Shown in pieces: positions 58,156 to 64,000 of a stretch of 64,000 nt of DNA; within the stretch, counting starts at the first letter, position 1, and each line of letters opens with the position of its first letter. The stretch spans positions 72,911-136,910 of the IMG/VR virus record IMGVR_UViG_3300036719_006047; one strand, written 5' to 3'. The notes under the pieces were generated by a model. That model searched no databases and had not been told where the DNA came from. It was given only the letters and a program-made list of their open reading frames with translations. This DNA comes from a virus. Position numbers and translations under genes: made by a program.

Positions 58156-58785
58156 CTACTCGTCGTCTCTGTCTACGAGCTTTGCGCCGATGTTCGTGTG
58201 CATGACGTAGAAGATAGACTTTCGGATAAAGTCGCTGATCGACCGAAAGTTGTTCGTGTAGATGTAAGACCGGATTTGGTACTCTTCTTCCGGGGTAAGA
58301 GAAACCGCCAGAGCCTGTCGCCGCTTGAGATGCTCCGGCTTGAGCCCATGTCGAGTTTGTCTCCTGTACTGGTTGAGCTCATCGGGACTGTCGGGTTTCC
58401 CGTACTGCTTCATCTTGTAGTTCTTGGCGGCCGCATCTTGCTGGCGGAGGCTTTCGGGAATCTCCTCAGGCGAAGGTACGTTCTTGGGAAGAAGATCAGC
58501 ACGAGTGGTTGTAACAGGAGGCGGAGGAGGCTCCTTCTTCTTCGGAACCTCGTTCTGCTTCAATCTCCAGGAGTCAGGAATAACTGAACCATCGAGCTTC
58601 CGCTGCGATTTCGCCTCCGGGGGGAGTTCGCTGTACCTAACGGGCGTGATACGCTCTCTGGGAAGCGAACCGGCGCTACTGGATGCGTTCGTTTGCCCTA
58701 AATCAGGAGGGGCAGTGACCCCCGAAGCCTCCTGCTTGGACTTTTGAATTTTCTGCTCCAAATACGCGCGTGCGAATTCTCTCAT
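58156..58785 (-). CDS. Pro-rich protein with a C-terminal ribbon-helix-helix-like domain; only minus-strand gene
   Basis: LAVSLTPEEEYQIRSY....FRSISDFIRKSI; ends at the bidirectional terminator. Confidence 0.7.
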   Translation of the reverse strand: MREFARAYLEQKIQKSKQEASGVTAPPDLGQTNASSSAGSLPRERITPVRYSELPPEAKSQRKLDGSVIPDSWRLKQNEVPKKKEPPPPPVTTTRADLLPKNVPSPEEIPESLRQQDAAAKNYKMKQYGKPDSPDELNQYRRQTRHGLKPEHLKRRQALAVSLTPEEEYQIRSYIYTNNFRSISDFIRKSIFYVMHTNIGAKLVDRDDE

Positions 58786-58895
58786 GGTACGAGCTCCGGG
58801 TTCGCGAACCGAATATATCTCGTTTGAGCTGGTCGGGCACGGAAAGCGTGATAAAGATGTGTGCCCGATCCACTGCTTCCAGAAAGGGAGAACTG

Positions 58896-61715
58896 ATGAG
58901 CGGTAAGAGGCAGACTGAAGACACTGAATCGATGGCAATGACGATGAGCAGCCGAAAGGCGCCGGCTGCAAAGAGGAGAAACAGACAAGAGGAAGAACCA
59001 GACGAAGAGCTTGACAGCTTCGCCTCAGAGAACCCGGAGCTCAATTCACTTTTGAACAGCCGCGAAATGCAGCAGTTCATGGCTGACGACGACCTCGAAG
59101 GCCTCAATGACGAGAATGTCACGCATTTGCCTGACGCGCCGCTCATCGGAGGGCGGTCTACTACGTCAGACATGTGGGGGACTTCGGCCGAGCAGATGGG
59201 CCGGGCGATGTCGCCCAAGTTGTACAGCTCTGCTGCAAGTCATCCGACCGCGACGCAGTTCAAAGTGTGGCGATGGGAGAGTGGTGTTCCTACACTGCTG
59301 GGCGCGATTGATATCGAAGCGTCCGAAGATGATTTCATCAAGCGGTTTTTGCCCGCCATGCCTGAGAAAGGGGATGGCCGTTTTCAGTTCCGCATGCGTC
59401 CTGTCGACATCTCAGGAAAAGAGCTTGGCAAAGAGATTACGATCAACATCTCCGAGCATCACGCAACCTTGCACTACCTGAGGAGAAAGGAACAGAACCG
59501 CAAAGACGAGGAGAACGCTCCCATGCACCACGGGTATCCTTCAGGCCAGCCCATTGTCATCAATCAGCCCCCTGCGCCTGTGATGTCAGATTCCTCCAGC
59601 GGAATGGAGGAAATGGGCCGGATGTTCGAGAAAGCAGTTGACTCGGCGGAACAGAGAGCGGAGGCTCTGCAGCGAGCTCTCGAAGACGAGCGAGAGCGGC
59701 TTCGTATCGAAGAAGGGCGCCGAGCAGAAGAGCGCGTGAAGATGGCCGTCTCGTCGTCTGAGATTGTTCAACGCATGACTGAGCGCCTGATGCAGGTGGA
59801 TCAGTCACGCGCAGCCGAGCAGCTCAACGCGCAGAAAGATCAAGCAAATCTGCTGATGACTACGCTGACGACTGTGTTTCAGCAGCAGCAGGAAGCCTCC
59901 CGTGCTCAGGCCGAGCGGCTTCGTGAATCAGACATGCAGCGCATGAACATGGATCGTGAGTTCTTCCAGCAGCAGCGCTCAATGCAAGAAGAGCGTCGTC
60001 ATCAGGAGAAGCAAGAGGCAGAAGCTCGGATGATGATGGAGCGCGACCGGCTCCAGCAAGAGCAGAAGCGCATGGAGAGCCAAAGAGCTTTTGAGCTTGA
60101 GCAGATGCGCATCGAGGCCCAACGCCGTGACGCTGAGCTTGAGCGCAAGCGCTCTTCGGAAAAAGAGGAGCAGCAGCTTCGGCTTGAGCGCGAGCGAATG
60201 GAGATGGAACGCGCTCGACAGCAGATGATCGAAGAGCGTGAGCGTTGGCGAGTGGAGGTCGAAGAGCGTCGTCGGCAAGAGACGATGGAGTGGGAGCGCA
60301 AACGTTCCCAAGAGCGAGAAGAGGCTGAACGCCGTCGCCAGATCGAGAAGGAGGAAGCGGACCGCAAGGAGCGCGAATCTCGAGAGCGCTTCGAGCGTGA
60401 GCGCATGATGTGGCAGCAGCAAGTCGAGATGCAGAAGGCTGAGCTTGATAAGTCTCGAATGGCCGAAGAGCGTCGTGCTCGAGAAGAGCGCGAGGCTTGG
60501 GAACGCAGACTTCTCGTCGAGAAGCAAGAAGCTGATCGCAAGGAGCAACTGAGAAGAGAGGAACTCCAGCTTCAGATGAAGCAGATGGAGATGCAGGCCC
60601 AGCGAGATCGTGAGCATCAAGAAAAGATGATGGAGATGGCTCGTCTCGAACGTGAAGCCCAGCGCGAAGCGCAGCTGGCTCGCGAGAAAGTTGAAGCTGA
60701 ACAGCGTGCTCTTGCTGAAGCCGAACGCACTCGTCAGCATCAGCTGACCATGCGCGAGATGGAGTTGACGAAGGAGCGTGATCGCGAGCACGCAGAAAGA
60801 ATGATCCAGCTCAGCAAAGCGCAGCAGTCGGGCGGCTTCGGTCAGATGGGCGAACTGCTCGGCATGGAGACGCCTGAGCTGTTGTCCCGCATCTTTGGCG
60901 GTGGCGGAGCAGGAGGGGAAAGCAACAGCAGTTGGTCAGACGCAATTCCTAAGGTTCTCGGTGGTATCGCGGATGTCGCTAAGGCTGCTGTTTCTGTCAA
61001 GGCGCCGCCTCAGCCGGCTCAGCCTGCTCCTCGGGAGAGACCCGCGCCTCAGAAGCGCCGTCCTGAGCTTGAATCGCAGCCGATGGTCCAGATTCAGACG
61101 CCCGAAGGCCCTCGCATCATTCCGTTGGCTCTCGCGCAACAGCTCGGCTACAAGCCCGAGCCCGAAAAGGAGCCTGTCGCAGCCCAGGCTGAGTCTCCTG
61201 CCGCCAGACAAGCGCAGCAAGCTCCTAATCCGCAAAAGCCCGCAGCCTCTGTGCCGCGTCCGGCTCCCGTCAAAGAAGAGAGCATCGACGAGGAGACTGA
61301 AGGCAACGATGACCAGGCCTCGCCGTTCCTCGCGGCCCTCGGTCCCATCGGCTTCGACGATGACTATCCGTCCTACGGAGCAACGGATACGAGCACTCTC
61401 GCCCGAATGGCTGGTATCAAGCTCGTCGAGCAGAAGAGTGCCAGGAAAGGACTCAAGGCGCTGTGCGACAAGCTGCGGTCCAGTGATACGGGTGAGTGGA
61501 GCGGGCACATCACAGCGGCTTTGATGCAAAACGCGAGAATGTGGGACTACATCAATGCAGTCTCGCTCAAGGCATGTCTCTACGAGGCAGGTGCCGAGGA
61601 AGATCTCGCGAACAAGATCGTGGCGGAACTCAGGAACAGCCCGCTCGTTCCTGATGACCTGCCCTACACGAAGAGAGAGCTCATCGCCAAGAAAGAGAAG
61701 GAAGGTGAAAAGTGA
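58896..61715 (+). CDS. Large E/R/Q-rich coiled-coil protein (about 940 aa)
   Basis: SD GGGAG; about 450 aa charged helix flanked by globular ends and a Pro-rich linker. Confidence 0.85.
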   Translation: MSGKRQTEDTESMAMTMSSRKAPAAKRRNRQEEEPDEELDSFASENPELNSLLNSREMQQFMADDDLEGLNDENVTHLPDAPLIGGRSTTSDMWGTSAEQMGRAMSPKLYSSAASHPTATQFKVWRWESGVPTLLGAIDIEASEDDFIKRFLPAMPEKGDGRFQFRMRPVDISGKELGKEITINISEHHATLHYLRRKEQNRKDEENAPMHHGYPSGQPIVINQPPAPVMSDSSSGMEEMGRMFEKAVDSAEQRAEALQRALEDERERLRIEEGRRAEERVKMAVSSSEIVQRMTERLMQVDQSRAAEQLNAQKDQANLLMTTLTTVFQQQQEASRAQAERLRESDMQRMNMDREFFQQQRSMQEERRHQEKQEAEARMMMERDRLQQEQKRMESQRAFELEQMRIEAQRRDAELERKRSSEKEEQQLRLERERMEMERARQQMIEERERWRVEVEERRRQETMEWERKRSQEREEAERRRQIEKEEADRKERESRERFERERMMWQQQVEMQKAELDKSRMAEERRAREEREAWERRLLVEKQEADRKEQLRREELQLQMKQMEMQAQRDREHQEKMMEMARLEREAQREAQLAREKVEAEQRALAEAERTRQHQLTMREMELTKERDREHAERMIQLSKAQQSGGFGQMGELLGMETPELLSRIFGGGGAGGESNSSWSDAIPKVLGGIADVAKAAVSVKAPPQPAQPAPRERPAPQKRRPELESQPMVQIQTPEGPRIIPLALAQQLGYKPEPEKEPVAAQAESPAARQAQQAPNPQKPAASVPRPAPVKEESIDEETEGNDDQASPFLAALGPIGFDDDYPSYGATDTSTLARMAGIKLVEQKSARKGLKALCDKLRSSDTGEWSGHITAALMQNARMWDYINAVSLKACLYEAGAEEDLANKIVAELRNSPLVPDDLPYTKRELIAKKEKEGEK

Positions 61716-62272
61716 GTTTGGTCGACTTGTTCATGTATGCCTTGAACCGAATCAGAAGGTTTTTTGTCAAGGACCAGCCTGTTCGGTACATCAGCATCGG
61801 AGAACCGATCCGCAGGCCAGGAGAAGATGGGGAATCTCTGATCGAGTTGCGTGTTGTGGCGCCCACTCCGGCGCAAGTTCGGCAGGGAAAACACATTTTC
61901 ATGGAACTTCTGAAGTTCTGGTGCTCGCCCTTCACCGAGAACCCGCACAACTTGCCCGTCCCCGATCGCGTGAAGCGCCTCGAAGAACTCGCTCGCGGCG
62001 ATGATTCCGTTCGATTGAAGCAGTACGTTCTGACTGTCGGCAGTTTGAACGCGTCAGTCTATTTGGGGTTAGAGCACTTTGCTCGAAGTGAGCCTACCTT
62101 TATGCTCAACTTCTCTGAGAAAGAGCGAAACAACTTGTGGGAGCTGTCTGATTTGGTTTCAGGGAACATGGCGTCGGTGTCACACATGCCGATGCCTGAG
62201 CTTCGCGTTCTTCACGACTACACACTCAAGTGGCGCAGAAAGCTGCTTGTCTCCGAGAAGAGGGACTTCTGA
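61712..62272 (+). CDS. Hypothetical protein
   Basis: GTGA overlap; 186 aa. Confidence 0.7.
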   Translation: MSLVDLFMYALNRIRRFFVKDQPVRYISIGEPIRRPGEDGESLIELRVVAPTPAQVRQGKHIFMELLKFWCSPFTENPHNLPVPDRVKRLEELARGDDSVRLKQYVLTVGSLNASVYLGLEHFARSEPTFMLNFSEKERNNLWELSDLVSGNMASVSHMPMPELRVLHDYTLKWRRKLLVSEKRDF

Positions 62273-62766
62273 TGCCTATCGACGAAAATGGTAACTACGA
62301 GTGCGCGTTGTCTGGTGTTCGCTCCGCGCCCGGGGTGCTCTACGAGGCCGATGGTCTCGACGACATCCCGCCGGGTTGGGTGCAGGTTTCTTTTCGGCGC
62401 CGCTTGCCGAACCCAGACTACGTGCTGGTGCAAGAAGCCAAGAGAGACATGATCAACGGAGCGCTCGCGTCTGTTCCGGCAAATGTGCCTGACGAGGTTC
62501 GCGTCAGGCAGAAGAGGCTGATTGAACTCCAAGTCGAGTCTCAATTTGCGGGAGTAGAGCGCGGTATTGCGCCTTTCGTCCTCGTCGAAGAAATCGCAGT
62601 GATTGCGCCTCCCGAAGACAACGAAGACCTGCTCGAAGCAGTCAACGCCATGCGCACTGATCTTGGCCTCTCTGTTCTCGAAGCTGATTTCTTGTTTGGC
62701 GGCAAAGACGAGGCTGCGTCTGAGGAAGATGAGGAAGAAGGCGACGGGGACGCAGCAGACGAATAA
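62272..62766 (+). CDS. Hypothetical protein with acidic tail
   Basis: TGATG overlap; 164 aa. Confidence 0.7.
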   Translation: MPIDENGNYECALSGVRSAPGVLYEADGLDDIPPGWVQVSFRRRLPNPDYVLVQEAKRDMINGALASVPANVPDEVRVRQKRLIELQVESQFAGVERGIAPFVLVEEIAVIAPPEDNEDLLEAVNAMRTDLGLSVLEADFLFGGKDEAASEEDEEEGDGDAADE

Positions 62767-62841
62767 AATAGGTTTGCTTGTAGCACCCACAGAATTCGCC
62801 GTACCCTCCGTGTTGGAGTACACTCCCGCACGGAGGGTTTC

Positions 62842-63801
62842 GTGCCTGCCGACTTCGATATCTCAAAACTGCCTGCTCGCGTGACGACGATCGCCGAGTA
62901 CGCAGGCACGAAAGTTCATCACCTGCCCGATTGGGGCGGGTACGATGACCCCAAAAAACTTGCTGTCATCAGACAGATCGCGCAATCGAGGGGTCGGGAC
63001 CCCAGAATCGCCAAGCAAGCGGTCGAGATTCTGCGCCAGTATAAGGTCCCCCCACGAGAGTATAGCAAGCAAGCAGCGGCTCTCCTGAAGTGGGTCCAGA
63101 ACCCGAAGAACGTCTACTACGTCAACGAGCCTGGCGAGCGGCTGCAAGATCCCATCTACACGCTGAAGATCAAGATGGGTGATTGCGATGACCTCGCGAT
63201 CCTTTTGTGCTCTTTCTTCGAGAGCATCATGCTGCCGTGGAGGCTTGTTATCTCTGGAAGAGACAAGGCTACTAAGCAAAAAGTTCGTTTCATTGAAGGC
63301 GGAGTCTACCCAAAGAATGTAGACTGGACGCACATTTACTGCATGGTCGGTACGCCTCCTTTCGGCCCCAAAGTGTGGTACTACTGCGAACCCACTGTCC
63401 GAGGCGTGCCTTTGGGGTGGGACGTAGTTGACGGAGACCCCGGCTACATCCCCGAGATGGACAAGCCCAGACCCGGCCCGGCCCAGATCGCCAAACCTCC
63501 GCCGCTCAACGGGAAAAAGGTCGAAGCCCATTACGGGTCGGATCTGGCCGCATCAGTAGCTTCGGCTGTAGCAGAAGATTCCGAGCAAAGCGCCGCACAG
63601 CAGCAAGGCGACAAGAAGTTCAAGATCAATTACGGGGCCTTGTTCCAGTCGGTATTCATCGGCGTAACAATCAGCGTGACAACTCAGGTTATTCTTGACT
63701 GGATTCGCGGGACAGGCGCCTACGAGGGACATGAGCCCGGCTTCAAGAAAGTCCGAAAAGTCTTTAGCTCCAGCGCAAAAAATACAGAGAAGGTGGCCTG
63801 A
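62842..63801 (+). CDS. Transglutaminase-like (papain-fold) protein with C-terminal hydrophobic segment
   Basis: GDCDDLAILL (Cys), WTHIY (His), WYYCEPT (acidic); SD GGAGG. Confidence 0.8.
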   Translation: MPADFDISKLPARVTTIAEYAGTKVHHLPDWGGYDDPKKLAVIRQIAQSRGRDPRIAKQAVEILRQYKVPPREYSKQAAALLKWVQNPKNVYYVNEPGERLQDPIYTLKIKMGDCDDLAILLCSFFESIMLPWRLVISGRDKATKQKVRFIEGGVYPKNVDWTHIYCMVGTPPFGPKVWYYCEPTVRGVPLGWDVVDGDPGYIPEMDKPRPGPAQIAKPPPLNGKKVEAHYGSDLAASVASAVAEDSEQSAAQQQGDKKFKINYGALFQSVFIGVTISVTTQVILDWIRGTGAYEGHEPGFKKVRKVFSSSAKNTEKVA

Positions 63802-63802
63802 C

Positions 63803-64000
63803 ATGATAAAGATCGCCCGCCAAAACGTAAGTAAGGCTGCTGCTTGTGTTGAAGTAGCGAGCGAGCATCTCCCTGCAGCTTACGTCATTCCGATTCCGTT
63901 CGCTTTGGCGGTTCAGGTAAGCAAATTTTGGAGTAGGCAGAACACGAAACCTCTTCGGGCTAGGCTGGCCGCGAGCGAAGAATACAGAAACCGCATGGGT
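63803..64000 (+). CDS. Hypothetical protein, 3'-truncated by the window edge
   Basis: ATG after the previous stop; open to the window end. Confidence 0.5.
   Translation, partial: MIKIARQNVSKAAACVEVASEHLPAAYVIPIPFALAVQVSKFWSRQNTKPLRARLAASEEYRNRMG

Noticed and set aside
58072-58587. 171 aa plus-strand ORF
   Set aside because: Starts within the terminator region and is antisense to the RHH-like gene

Overview
This window looks like part of a large (>64 kb) bacterial virus genome, probably infecting a Myxococcota-like host (inference). About 90 tightly packed genes carry Shine-Dalgarno sites and ATGA/GTGA overlaps; all but one are on the + strand. Positions 1-54 kb hold mostly small accessory genes: rIIB, a PARG-like macrodomain, an MqsA-like Zn finger, a metallophosphoesterase, HAD, MazG-like, DNA methyltransferase, dNMP kinase, DUF932, GP88-like, pyrimidine-dimer glycosylase, four AAA+ ATPases and three vWA proteins. 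Positions 55-64 kb hold a separate module of membrane-anchored proteins, a large coiled-coil protein and a transglutaminase-like protein. The most unusual elements are: (1) a palindrome-rich 0.8 kb non-coding region with a 34-51 bp inverted repeat enclosing about 295 nt; (2) a downstream operon with six divergent paralogues, a MoxR-like AAA/vWA pair and a solitary myxobacterial-type Cas6 (DNGY in place of DHGY) with no CRISPR array; (3) a 2.2 kb cassette bounded by 99 bp direct repeats that carries a chimeric FGE-sulfatase (CLec-fold) gene with a DGR-like variable 3' end and downstream hairpin. No tRNA, rRNA, CRISPR array, reverse transcriptase, integrase, terminase or capsid gene was recognised. 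All family assignments come from motif recognition by eye, not from database searches.
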